Origin: an uncultured Acidimicrobiaceae bacterium
GTDB lineage: Bacteria > Actinomycetota > Acidimicrobiia > Acidimicrobiales > Bog-793
Direction: 5' to 3'
Assembly: GCA_963761425.1 (NCBI GenBank)
Contig: CAVXGQ010000003.1
Location: 36,501 to 100,500, forward strand
Length of the DNA stretch: 64,000 nt
Below the pieces are notes generated by a model, which saw only the letters and a program-made list of their open reading frames with translations, was not told where the DNA came from and searched no databases. The position numbers were made by a program, and so were the translations under genes. This document shows, piece after piece, positions 36,114 through 45,673 of the stretch; positions within the stretch are counted from its first letter, which is position 1; the number at the start of each line of letters is the position of its first letter.

Positions 36114-37748
36114 GTGGCCCAAGCTCGTGGCGTGGAGACCGACGCGACCCCCCGAGGCCCCGGCGGCCGCCCGCGCCCTCTCCGTTCGCTGCTCGTCGAA
36201 CCTCGTCGCCTGGGGTCCATCCGGGAGCGCCCGAGCGCGCACTGGTACGCGGTCGGCGCGGTGTGCATCGGCGCCTTCATGGGCCAGCTCGATGCCAGCA
36301 TCGTCACGCTCGCCTTCCCCTCGCTCGAGCACGCCTTCCACGCGGCCATCGGCGTCGTCACCTGGGTCGGGCTGAGCTACCTCGTCACCCTCGTCGCGCT
36401 GGTCACCGTCGTCGGCCGCTTCGCCGACATGGCCGGGCGCAAGCTCCTCTACCTCTACGGCTTCGTCGTCTTCGCCGCCGGTTCGGCGGCGTGCGGGCTG
36501 GCGCCGAGCCTCACCGCGCTGGACTGCTTCCGGGTGGTCCAAGGCGCCGGGGCGGCGATGTTGCAGGCGAACAGCCTGGCGATCATCAATCTCGCCGCCC
36601 CCCGCGGCGGGCTGGCCCGGGCGGTCGGCGTCCAAGGAGCCGCCCAGGCGCTCGGGCTGGCGCTCGGGCCGAGCGTCGGCGGGGCGCTCATCGCGGCGGG
36701 GGGCTGGCGGTGGATCTTCCTCGTCAACGTCCCGGTCGGCCTCATCGGCGTGGTGGCGGGGTGGCTCTTCATCCCGCGCTCGGCCCACCTGCGGGCGCGG
36801 GTCCCCCTCGACTGGTCCGGGCTGGGACTCTTCGTCCCGGCGGTGGCGACGCTCCTCGTCGCGGTCTCGGTCGGGGAGCGGTGGGGGTGGGGATCGACGG
36901 GAGTCGTGGCGCTCTTCGCCGTGGCTGCGGCCGCTGGTCTCGGCTTTGTGGCCCGAGAGGGCCGGGCCCGTCATCCGATGCTCGACCTCGACCTGTTCAG
37001 GCGCCGAACCTTCGGCTTCGGGGTGGGAAGTGCGCTCCTCGCCTACCTCGTCACCTTCGGCGCGCTGCTGGTGGCGCCGTATCTACTCGAGCGGGGGCTC
37101 GGCGTGGGCCCCGGGGGCGCCGGGCTCGACCTCATGGTGATGCCGCTGGCGCTCGGTGTTGTCGCACTGGTCGTCGGTCATTTCGCGGAAAGACTCGGCC
37201 TGCGGGTGATGACGACTTCTGGGCTCCTGCTGGTGGCGGCAGCGCTCGGCGTGTTGACGTTCAGCGCCCCGAGCACCGGCCGGCTCGTCGCCGGGCTGGC
37301 GGTGATCGGGGCCGGCTTCGGCCTGTTCACCCCGGCCAACAACGCCGCGATCATGTCGGCGGTCCCCCGGAACCAGTCCGGCGAGGCCTCCGGCGTGGTG
37401 AACGTCACCCGGGGGATCGGCACGGCGCTCGGGCTGGCCATCACCGGCCTCGTCTTCTCGCTCGGGGGCGGCGACGGGGTCAGGTTCCCCGGCATCGTGG
37501 CGGGGTACCACGACGCCGCGGCTTTCCTCGCCGTGACGGCCCTGGTCGCTGCGGCCATCGCCGGGTCACGTTCTCGGCGGACCGGTCCCGCCGGGGCCGG
37601 AAAGGAGGTCGGCGCCCCGCCGGGCGGAGCCCGGACCAGCGTCTCGACCCGAACCCGCCGGGAGCCGGGTGCCGGGTCCGGACTGCCGCCCGGGGGGAGC
37701 TTCACCCCGCCCCACCACTCGCCGCCGAGGCGAGTTGCGGGTTCGTGA
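36114..37748 (+). CDS. MFS transporter, DHA2 (EmrB/QacA-like, 14-TMS) type
   Basis: VCIGAFMGQLDASIVTLAFPSL...GRFADMAGRKLLYLYGF...VVQGAGAAML, followed by many hydrophobic segments. The start is uncertain (GTG 36114 or 36132). Confidence 0.85.
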   Translation: MAQARGVETDATPRGPGGRPRPLRSLLVEPRRLGSIRERPSAHWYAVGAVCIGAFMGQLDASIVTLAFPSLEHAFHAAIGVVTWVGLSYLVTLVALVTVVGRFADMAGRKLLYLYGFVVFAAGSAACGLAPSLTALDCFRVVQGAGAAMLQANSLAIINLAAPRGGLARAVGVQGAAQALGLALGPSVGGALIAAGGWRWIFLVNVPVGLIGVVAGWLFIPRSAHLRARVPLDWSGLGLFVPAVATLLVAVSVGERWGWGSTGVVALFAVAAAAGLGFVAREGRARHPMLDLDLFRRRTFGFGVGSALLAYLVTFGALLVAPYLLERGLGVGPGGAGLDLMVMPLALGVVALVVGHFAERLGLRVMTTSGLLLVAAALGVLTFSAPSTGRLVAGLAVIGAGFGLFTPANNAAIMSAVPRNQSGEASGVVNVTRGIGTALGLAITGLVFSLGGGDGVRFPGIVAGYHDAAAFLAVTALVAAAIAGSRSRRTGPAGAGKEVGAPPGGARTSVSTRTRREPGAGSGLPPGGSFTPPHHSPPRRVAGS

Positions 37749-37922
37749 CCCGGCCGAGCTGGATTCGGCCCGGTGGACCGATCACTGCAGGTGACCAGCC
37801 GGGTCGGGCGTGCGGCTCACGTTACGAACGCGCTACTTTAGGGCCACTCCAGGAGATCTCCACACGAAGTGGGGCGGGGCTCGAGAGGGCGGTCCTTTCG
37901 GGATGTTTCGTAAGGAGGGAAC

Positions 37923-39869
37923 ATGAGAAGCTTCCACGGTCGACGCGGCCTGCTCGGAGGCGCCGTCACACTCGCCGTCGCAGTGTCGATGGCCCTCACA
38001 CTCGCGGCTGGCCCGGTGAGTTCGGCGACCGGGGCAGCGACCAAGCCGCACGTCACGAAGGTGAAGGGCGGGACCGCGTACTTCGCCGAGCCTCCCGGAT
38101 CCCCGCCGAACTTCATCTTCCCGTTCGCGCCGTTCAGGTATTTCAGCGTCGACAACCTTTCGCAGTTCCAGTTCCTCATGTACCGGCCCCTGTACTGGTT
38201 CGGGGTGGGCTCGAACCCGACGATCAACATCCCGCTCTCGCTTGCCAACTACCCGACGTTCTCCAACGGCGGCAAGACGGTGACCGTCAAGATGAAGAAC
38301 TACGTGTGGTCCGACGGCGAGAAGGTGACCTCGCAGGATGTCGTCTTCTGGATGAACTTCATGAAGCTCGAAAAGGACACCTGGGCGGGTTACGTCCCCG
38401 GCACGATCCCCGACGACATCGCGTCGATCACGACGCCGAACTCGACGACGGTCGTTTTCAACATGACCGGGTCGGTGAACCCCTACTGGTGGGTCTATAA
38501 CGAGCTCAGCCAGATCACGCCGCTCCCGATGGCGTGGGACGTGACGTCGCTTAGCCAGAAGGCCGGCGCGGAGGCGTGCGGGACGGCGTCATACCAATCG
38601 GTCGTCGCCACCTCGACGAAGTCCGGAATCGTCCCGGGCAACGCGGCCGCGAAGAGCTGTGTCAACGTGTTCACCTTCCTCTCCAAAGAGGCGGGCTACG
38701 ACCCGGCCAACCCGAAGGGATCGAACAACGCCTTTGCCACCTACGCGACGAACCCGCTCTGGCAGGTCGTTGACGGGCCGTGGCACCTCACCTCCTTCAG
38801 TGCCTCAGGTCTTTTGACGATGAAGCCGAACAAGTCGTACTCGGGCCCGGTGAAGCCGTCGCTGTCGGCCTTCGTCGAGCTGCCCTTCACGTCGGCGGCC
38901 TCGGAGTTCGACGCGCTGCTCGGTGGGAAGGTCACCGTTGGCTACATCCCTGCGGAGGACCTCACCGTTTCTGCGCCGAGCCCGACCAAGACCGGCCCCA
39001 ACAACCCGCGTGCCGCGGGCAAGTTCAACCTGGTGCCGTGGTACATCTGGGGAATCATCTACTTCCCGCTGAACTTCAACTCGGTTGATGACAGCGGCCA
39101 CGCGGGCGCGATCTACCACCAGCTGTACTTCCGGCAGGCGTTGCAGATGCTGATCAACCAGCCCCTGTTGATCAAGAAGATCATCAAGGGCTATGGCGTG
39201 CCGGGCTACGGGCCGGTCCCGGTTCTCCCCAAGAACTCGTTCGTGACGAAGTACGAGGAGACGAACCCGTATCCGTACAACCCGACCAAGGCCAAGGCGC
39301 TGCTCTCTTCGCACGGCTGGACGATCGTTCCTAACGGCACGGACGTCTGCAAGACAGCCAAGCTGTGTGGCGTCCCGGCAGGGACGAAGCTGGCGTTCCA
39401 GATGCTGTACTCGAGCGGGGTGGTCGCCACCGCCGAGACCGTGGAGGACGAGGTATCCGCGTGGTCGACGGTCGGCATCCACGTCACGGCGACCGCCGAG
39501 ACGTTCGACAACGTTTACGGCACCTCGCTCCCGTGCAAGGGCTCGACCTGCACCTGGAGCATGAGCTGGTGGGGCGGCTGGAGCTACTCGCCTGACTACT
39601 GGCCGAGCGGTGAGGACCTGTTCGAGACCGCCGCGGCGTCGAACGCTGGGTCGTACTCGGATACCACCATGGACAAGCTGATCAAGGCGACCAACTTCGG
39701 CACGGCCACACTGGCCAACTTCGAGGACTACGCCGCGGCGCAGCTCCCGGTGATCTGGGAGCCGAACCCGGCCTACGAGCTCGTGGAGGTGGCGAAGAAC
39801 CTCCAGGGCGTGACGCCGCTGAACCCGCTGCTCTTGCTCACGCCGGAGAACTGGTACTTCACGAAGTAA
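37923..39869 (+). CDS. ABC transporter substrate-binding protein, family 5 (peptide/Opp-Dpp type)
   Basis: 648 aa. AAGGAGGG lies upstream of the ATG. The signal peptide carries a twin-arginine (MRSFHGRRGLLGGAVTLAVAV). Family-5 SBP-like pattern (FQFLMYRPLYWFG, KMKNYVWSDGEKVTSQDVVF). Confidence 0.85.
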   Translation: MRSFHGRRGLLGGAVTLAVAVSMALTLAAGPVSSATGAATKPHVTKVKGGTAYFAEPPGSPPNFIFPFAPFRYFSVDNLSQFQFLMYRPLYWFGVGSNPTINIPLSLANYPTFSNGGKTVTVKMKNYVWSDGEKVTSQDVVFWMNFMKLEKDTWAGYVPGTIPDDIASITTPNSTTVVFNMTGSVNPYWWVYNELSQITPLPMAWDVTSLSQKAGAEACGTASYQSVVATSTKSGIVPGNAAAKSCVNVFTFLSKEAGYDPANPKGSNNAFATYATNPLWQVVDGPWHLTSFSASGLLTMKPNKSYSGPVKPSLSAFVELPFTSAASEFDALLGGKVTVGYIPAEDLTVSAPSPTKTGPNNPRAAGKFNLVPWYIWGIIYFPLNFNSVDDSGHAGAIYHQLYFRQALQMLINQPLLIKKIIKGYGVPGYGPVPVLPKNSFVTKYEETNPYPYNPTKAKALLSSHGWTIVPNGTDVCKTAKLCGVPAGTKLAFQMLYSSGVVATAETVEDEVSAWSTVGIHVTATAETFDNVYGTSLPCKGSTCTWSMSWWGGWSYSPDYWPSGEDLFETAAASNAGSYSDTTMDKLIKATNFGTATLANFEDYAAAQLPVIWEPNPAYELVEVAKNLQGVTPLNPLLLLTPENWYFTK

Positions 39870-39905
39870 CGAAGCAAGCCTTAACAGCAACATCGGGGCG
39901 GCTGG

Positions 39906-39933
39906 GCCGATCCCGGGGCCTCCCGGGATCGGC
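39906..39933 (+). terminator. perfect 12-bp GC-rich hairpin just after the SBP gene (intra-operon attenuator/terminator candidate)
   Basis: GCCGATCCCGGG gcct CCCGGGATCGGC; no clear U-tract follows. Confidence 0.45.
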
Positions 39934-40065
39934 TCGACCGCCGATCCATTTCATCGCCGGCTCCACCAGGGCGGGCGAATCGAGGCGTGATCGGCGGCAC
40001 CCAGACGGCGGTCGCGCAGCTGCTCGCTATGCGGGGCGCGACGATATGACGAGGGGTGATCGCAA

Positions 40066-41016
40066 CTGACGGGATACCTGATCCGCCGGCTCGGCCAAGC
40101 ACTCATCGTCGTGCTCGGTGTGACGCTGCTCGTCTTTCTGCTCGAGCGTCTGATTCCGGGCGGCTACGCCCGGGCGGCGATCGGGCCACGCGCGACTTCC
40201 GTCGAGATCCACCAATTCAACGCGGCCAATGGCCTCTATCTACCGCTCTGGGACCAGTTCTATCAGTACATTCGCGGGCTGGTTGAGTCGTTCAACCTCG
40301 GCTACTCCTACCAGTACAACCAGAGTGTGACGACGGTGATCGCCGAGCGTCTGCCGAAGACCCTGGTGCTGGTCGGGATGGCGACGGTGTTCGCGCTCAT
40401 CGTCGCGGTGCCGCTCGGTGTGCTCCAGGTCGTCCGGCGGAACAAGCCGATCGACTACACCCTTACCGGACTCTCGTTCATCGGCTACTCGATGCCGGCG
40501 TTCCTGCTCGGAGAGCTCCTCATCCTGTACTTCGCGATCGATTTCCACTGGTTCTCGACCGAGGCGCCCCAAGGCCAGTCCGTCGGCTCAATCCTCGGCG
40601 ATCCGCGAGGGTTGGTCTTGCCGATCCTCACGTTGTCGGCTCTCACCATCGCCGCCTTCAGCCGTTACATGCGCTCGTCGATGATGGATGCCATGACCCA
40701 GGACTACATCCGCACCGCCCGTGCGAAGGGTGCGAGCAGCGCGCGGGTGCTCTTCCGCCACGCGCTGCGCAACGCGCTGATCCCGATCATCACCTTGATC
40801 GGTCTGTCGCTCCCCGGGATCATCGGCGGCGCCCTGATCACCGAAACGGTGTTCAACTACCCGGGTATGGGCCTTCTCACGGTGAATTCGGCGCTGAACG
40901 AAGACATCCCGGTGCTGCTTGGCACCACCTTCGTCGTGACCCTGGCGACGGTGGCCGGCTCGTTAATCGCCGACATCCTCTATGCGATCGTCGACCCCCG
41001 TGTGCGCTACACGTAA
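40066..41016 (+). CDS. ABC transporter permease (DppB/OppB-like), apparently initiated at CTG
   Basis: (L)TGYLIRRLGQALIVVLGVTLLVFLLERLIPGG matches the canonical permease N-terminus. An in-frame TGA lies at 40057, and only tcg-caa-ctg precede. GAGGGG sits 9 nt upstream of the CTG. The listed ORF start (GTG 40111) would cut TM1. Confidence 0.85.
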   Translation: MTGYLIRRLGQALIVVLGVTLLVFLLERLIPGGYARAAIGPRATSVEIHQFNAANGLYLPLWDQFYQYIRGLVESFNLGYSYQYNQSVTTVIAERLPKTLVLVGMATVFALIVAVPLGVLQVVRRNKPIDYTLTGLSFIGYSMPAFLLGELLILYFAIDFHWFSTEAPQGQSVGSILGDPRGLVLPILTLSALTIAAFSRYMRSSMMDAMTQDYIRTARAKGASSARVLFRHALRNALIPIITLIGLSLPGIIGGALITETVFNYPGMGLLTVNSALNEDIPVLLGTTFVVTLATVAGSLIADILYAIVDPRVRYT

Positions 41017-41040
41017 TCCCGTGGCCCGGAAAGGCTCGTA

Positions 41041-42006
41041 ATGGCGATCGAGATCGGCCCGGGGCTGAGCAACCTCGCCCTCGAAGAAGCCGCCCTCGTC
41101 GAGGGTCAGAGCTATACGGGCCCCTCGGGCGGCGAAGGGACCTCGACCGGTGGCATCGGGATCCAGGTTCTCCGGGTCTTCGCCGAGAACAAGCTCGCGG
41201 TGATCGGGGCGGCGGTCATCGTGCTGATGGTGTTGTTGTGCTACCTGGGCCCAGTCTTTTACTCGACCAACCAGACCAACGCGAATGCCGCGCTCATGTA
41301 CTCGACGCAGAACTCCCCGCCTTCGGCGTCGAACCCGCTCGGCACCGACGCGACCGGTTTCGACATGCTCGGCCGCATCATGTACGGGGGGCAGGTCTCG
41401 CTCGAGGTCGGCTTCGCCGCGGCGGGCCTCGCCACGGCGATCGGGGTGATCTGGGGGGCGGTGTCGGGGTTCTTCGGCGGATGGGTCGACGCGCTGATGA
41501 TGCGCATCGTCGACGTGCTGTTGTCGGTGCCGCTCCTCTACCTTCTCATCCTCCTGGCGGTGATCTTCCACCCGTCGCTTTCACTTCTCATCTTTGTGAT
41601 CGGGTTCACGGCGTGGCTCGGACCGGCGCGACTCGTGCGTGGCGAGGCGCTGTCGTTGCGCGTGCGCGAGTACGTCCAGTCGGTGCGGGTCATGGGGGGA
41701 ACCGGTCGGCGGATCGTCCTGCGCCACATCATCCCGAACACGATCGGGACGATCGTCGTCAACGCGACGTTCCAGGTTGCTGACGCGATCCTCCTCCTCG
41801 CGGCGCTCGGATTCATTGGGCTCGGGGTGCCACTACCGCTAACCGACTGGGGATCGATGCTCGCCAACGGCGTCAACTACGCGCTCGACGGCTACTGGTG
41901 GGAGATCTACCCGACCGGAATCGCGATCGTGCTCGTCGTCGTGTCCTTCAACTTCATCGGCGACGCGCTGCGTGACGCCTTCGAGGTCCGGCTCCAGCGT
42001 CGTTAG
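41041..42006 (+). CDS. ABC transporter permease (DppC/OppC-like)
   Basis: 321 aa with an EAA-loop region (GPARLVRGEALSLRVREYVQSVRVMGG). Confidence 0.9.
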   Translation: MAIEIGPGLSNLALEEAALVEGQSYTGPSGGEGTSTGGIGIQVLRVFAENKLAVIGAAVIVLMVLLCYLGPVFYSTNQTNANAALMYSTQNSPPSASNPLGTDATGFDMLGRIMYGGQVSLEVGFAAAGLATAIGVIWGAVSGFFGGWVDALMMRIVDVLLSVPLLYLLILLAVIFHPSLSLLIFVIGFTAWLGPARLVRGEALSLRVREYVQSVRVMGGTGRRIVLRHIIPNTIGTIVVNATFQVADAILLLAALGFIGLGVPLPLTDWGSMLANGVNYALDGYWWEIYPTGIAIVLVVVSFNFIGDALRDAFEVRLQRR

Positions 42007-42047
42007 TTGCCCTGTCTGGCCCCCGGCCTGCGGCCCGGCGTCAGGCG

Positions 42048-44264
42048 TTAGTCGGCAGATTTCGCGGTGGCCTCGTTCGCCAACGTGGGGTCCGGGATCG
42101 GCTTCTGGAGCGGAAAATGGCAGGCGGCGCGGTGCTCGGCGTCGAAGAAGCGGAGCGGGGGCTCCTCGGCGGCACAGACCTCCTGCGCGAAGGGACAGCG
42201 CGTGCGAAAGCGGCAGCCGCTCGGGGGCGCCATTGCCGAGGGCAGCTCCCCCCGCACGATTTGGTGGTGGGTCGCCCGCGCGATGACCGGGTCCGGGACC
42301 GGGATTGCGTCGATGAGCGCCTGGGTGTACGGGTGGGCGGTGTGTTCGTAGACGTCGATCGCGGGTCCGGTCTCGACGAGCTTGCCGAGATACATGACCC
42401 CGATCCGGTCGGCCAGGTACTTCACCACGGCGAGATCGTGCGAGATCACGATGTAGGTGAGGTCGTGCCGCTGCTGCAGGTCCCGCATCAGGTTGAGGAT
42501 CTGGGCCTGGATGGAGACGTCGAGCGCCGAGACTGGCTCGTCGGCGACGATGAGTCTCGGGTTGAGGGCCAGCGCCCGGGCGAGGCCGATGCGTTGACGT
42601 TGGCCACCCGAGAACTCGTGCGGGTACAGCTCGGCCGCACCGGCGGAGAGGCCCACCTCGCCGAGCAGCTGGACGACCCGTTGGCTCTGCAACCGACGGT
42701 TGCCGATTCCCTGCACGACGAGAGGCTCCCGGACGATGGTCTTGACGCGCATGCGCGGGTCGAGCGAAGAGTAGGGATCCTGGAAGATCATCTGCAGGTC
42801 GCGTCTTCCGTGTCGCAGCGCTCTTCCCCGGAGCCTGGTGACGTTGGTCGACTGGTACCGGACGGTGCCCGACGTCGGGTGCTCCAGCGCCACGACCAAA
42901 CGGCCGATCGTCGTCTTGCCGCAGCCGGACTCGCCGACCAACCCGAAGGTCTCGCCGCGGCGCACGGAGAAGGAGACGCCCGAGACGGCCTGGACGGTAC
43001 CGATCTTGCGCTGGATCACGGCTCCGGAGACGACCGGGTAGTTCTTCACCAGGTCGATGACCTCGAGCGCCTCCTCGCCCCGGAAGGCGGGCGATCGGGC
43101 CTCGGTGCTTGCCGGTGTGGCGGCAACCGTTGTCGTGCCGTCGCGCGAAAGCGTGATCCCGCGACGCGCCAGCCGCTCCTCTCTCGTCACCGTCACCGGG
43201 TGGATGCAGGCGTAGAGGTGCGCTTCGCTGCCGGCGACGCTCTCTGCGCCGGGATCGGTTGCTGGTTGGGACACCGCAACTGGCGATGGGGCCGGCAAGC
43301 CGGCCTCCCCGGTGGAGAGCTCGGGCGCGTCGCTTCGGCACTCGTCGGTCGCGTAGCGGCAGCGGGGGGCGAACCGACAGCCGACGAGTATCCCCGACAG
43401 GTCCGGCGGAAGTCCGGAGATCGAGAAGAGCCGGCGGTCACGGTCTTGGTCGAGCCGGGGGATCGACTCGAGCAACGCTTCGGAGTAGGGATGGCGCATC
43501 GAGCCGAACAGTTCCTCGGTCGTGGCGCTCTCGACGATCTTGCCGGCGTACATCACCATGACCCGGTCGGATCGGGCCGCGATCACCCCCAGGTCGTGGG
43601 TGATGAGGATCACCGCCATCTTCAACCGTTCGCGCAGCTCGTCGATGAGGTTGAGGATCTGCGCCTGGATGGTGACATCGAGGGCCGTCGTCGGCTCGTC
43701 GGCGATGAGAAGCTTTGGCTCGCAGGCCAGCGCGATGGCGATCATCACCCGCTGACGCAGTCCCCCGGAGAGCTGATGGGGGTAGGTGTCGAGCCGCTCG
43801 GCGGGGCGTGGCATCCCGACGAGCGTGAGCACCTCGAGGGCGCGCTCATAGGCCTGCTTCCTCGGGACATCGCGGTGCAGCCGGACCACCTCGGCGATCT
43901 GGCGTCCTATCTTCCAGGTCGGGTTGAGTGAGGTCATCGGGTCTTGGAAGATCATGGCGATCTCATTGCCGCGCACCGTGCGCATCTGGTTCTCGTTGTA
44001 CGGGGCGAGGTCGCGTCCGAAAAGCCGGATCGAGCCCCCGGTGACGTGCCCGACGTTCGGCAGGAGCTTCATGATCGACAGCCCCACCGTCGTCTTGCCG
44101 CAGGCGGACTCGCCGACCAGTCCGACGCATTCGCCGGGATTGACGTGAAAGGAAACCCCGTCGACGGCTTTCACGCTGGCGGTGCGGAGGTGAAACTCGG
44201 TGTGGAGGTTCTCCACCTCGAGTACCGGCTGGGGCGACGCCCCTTCCGCGCCCAACGTAGACAT
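42048..44264 (-). CDS. fused double ABC ATPase (DppD/DppF-like, two nucleotide-binding domains)
   Basis: ATG at 44264 is preceded by GAGGAGG. Two Walker A motifs (GESACGKTT, GESGCGKTT), two signatures (LSGGLRQR, FSGGQRQR) and two oligopeptide C-terminal Cys motifs are present. The listed ORF start at 44852 is an upstream extension. Confidence 0.9.
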   Translation of the reverse strand: MSTLGAEGASPQPVLEVENLHTEFHLRTASVKAVDGVSFHVNPGECVGLVGESACGKTTVGLSIMKLLPNVGHVTGGSIRLFGRDLAPYNENQMRTVRGNEIAMIFQDPMTSLNPTWKIGRQIAEVVRLHRDVPRKQAYERALEVLTLVGMPRPAERLDTYPHQLSGGLRQRVMIAIALACEPKLLIADEPTTALDVTIQAQILNLIDELRERLKMAVILITHDLGVIAARSDRVMVMYAGKIVESATTEELFGSMRHPYSEALLESIPRLDQDRDRRLFSISGLPPDLSGILVGCRFAPRCRYATDECRSDAPELSTGEAGLPAPSPVAVSQPATDPGAESVAGSEAHLYACIHPVTVTREERLARRGITLSRDGTTTVAATPASTEARSPAFRGEEALEVIDLVKNYPVVSGAVIQRKIGTVQAVSGVSFSVRRGETFGLVGESGCGKTTIGRLVVALEHPTSGTVRYQSTNVTRLRGRALRHGRRDLQMIFQDPYSSLDPRMRVKTIVREPLVVQGIGNRRLQSQRVVQLLGEVGLSAGAAELYPHEFSGGQRQRIGLARALALNPRLIVADEPVSALDVSIQAQILNLMRDLQQRHDLTYIVISHDLAVVKYLADRIGVMYLGKLVETGPAIDVYEHTAHPYTQALIDAIPVPDPVIARATHHQIVRGELPSAMAPPSGCRFRTRCPFAQEVCAAEEPPLRFFDAEHRAACHFPLQKPIPDPTLANEATAKSAD

Positions 44265-44502
44265 CGACGGAAGACCTCCTCGGCTGACAGCTCCCAGTCT
44301 CGCGAGCCCCGCTCGAGAAACTGCAGACAGAACGGGGCTAGGAAGACACGACCTCTTGAGAGCCCGCGCCGCGCTCGAGTGATCGCGCGCAGCGGTCGGG
44401 CCATCGTACCGGCTCGTACCGCTCCGGCCCAGCCAGGTCGGCGGTCGAGGCGCGGGCCGCGGCGGGCTGGTTGCGAACGTCGTTCCAGGCCGACGGGCTA
44501 GG

Positions 44503-45312
44503 TTGGCGCAGATGATCCGGGTAGGTGTCCTCGGGGCTGGTGGTCGGTTGGGGGCGACGGTCTGCACCGCGGTGATGGCCGCCGACGATCTCGAACTGGT
44601 CGCCGCCGTCGATCCGAAGTCCGCCGGCACCCCGGTCGCCCGGGGCGCGTCGCCGGCGATGGCGATATCGCCTGCGATCGAGGCACTGGAGCGGTCCGGG
44701 ACCGAGGTCGCGGTGGACTTTACCGACGCAGTGGCCGCTGTCGGGAACCTCGAGTGGTGCGCCGCACACGGCGTCCACGCCGTCTGCGGCACGACCGGGA
44801 TCGACGCCGCGGGCCTTGACCGTCTGCGGGCGGCCTTTGGTCCGCTGGACAAGCCGAACGCGATCCTGGCCCCGAACTTCTCGATCTCGGCGGTCGTGAT
44901 GATGCACCTAGCCGAGCTCGCGGCCCCGTTCTTCGACGGCGTGGAGGTGATCGAGCTCCATCACGACCAGAAAAAGGATGCGCCGTCGGGCACCGCGCTG
45001 GAGACGGTTCACCGGATGGCCAAGGCGCGCGCCGCCTCGGGGAGTGGCCCGTTCGGCGAGGACGCCACCACCGCGGTGTCCTGCGAGGGGGTGCGCGGTG
45101 GCGTCGAAGCCGGGATCCACGTCCACTCGGTCCGGCTCGTCGGCCTCGTCGCGCACCAGGAGGTGCTCTTCGGCGCTCCCGGCCAGTCGCTGCTCCTCCG
45201 GCAGGATTCGTACGACCGAATCTCGTTCATGCCCGGAGTCCTCCTCGCCTGTCGCCGGGTTGCTTCGACACCGGGATTCACGGTCGGGCTCGACGCACTG
45301 CTGTCTTTTTGA
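44503..45312 (+). CDS. dapB: 4-hydroxy-tetrahydrodipicolinate reductase
   Basis: IRVGVLGAGGRLG...VDFT...GTTG...APNFSI...IELHHDQKKDAPSGTA; the start is TTG 44503 or ATG 44512. Confidence 0.93.
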   Translation: MAQMIRVGVLGAGGRLGATVCTAVMAADDLELVAAVDPKSAGTPVARGASPAMAISPAIEALERSGTEVAVDFTDAVAAVGNLEWCAAHGVHAVCGTTGIDAAGLDRLRAAFGPLDKPNAILAPNFSISAVVMMHLAELAAPFFDGVEVIELHHDQKKDAPSGTALETVHRMAKARAASGSGPFGEDATTAVSCEGVRGGVEAGIHVHSVRLVGLVAHQEVLFGAPGQSLLLRQDSYDRISFMPGVLLACRRVASTPGFTVGLDALLSF

Positions 45313-45542
45313 GGCGGGCAAACCCGCGCTCCGTCACCGCCGCGGGCCGCATGGACGGCGGCGATGGCGGGAGGCGTGGTCGGACGATTCACCGTGACGT
45401 GCCTGTCAGGGTCCCGGCCGGGCGCGGAAAGATCGCTGGTGATGCCGCCATGGCCGCTTTCAGCGCTGCGGGGCTGATGCTCATCTTCGTGCTGCTCGGC
45501 CTGTGGCACGGTCGCAAGGTGTCGGAATGCACCGAGATTTGA
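45309..45542 (+). CDS. possible small membrane protein
   Basis: TTG overlaps the dapB stop (TTGA). The C-terminal MAAFSAAGLMLIFVLLGLWHGRK is one hydrophobic helix, and the N-terminal half is Arg/Gly-rich. No family recognised. Confidence 0.25.
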   Translation: MRRANPRSVTAAGRMDGGDGGRRGRTIHRDVPVRVPAGRGKIAGDAAMAAFSAAGLMLIFVLLGLWHGRKVSECTEI

Positions 45543-45673
45543 CCTAGCGACCGCACCGTCGACGAGGCCGGCTCTCGGGGCATTCCCGGGGCAGGCGAGA
45601 GTCGCGTCCCGGCGCTGACGCGTCGCGGCACTCTCGCACCTCCGCGGCCGGGCGGGTGGGGTAGCGTCAGGCG

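Noticed and set aside
42007-42047. A bidirectional terminator between the convergent permease and ATPase genes.
   Set aside because: Only short, imperfect GC-rich pairings (CCGG-N8-CCGG and similar) could be drawn. This is not better than expected in this composition.
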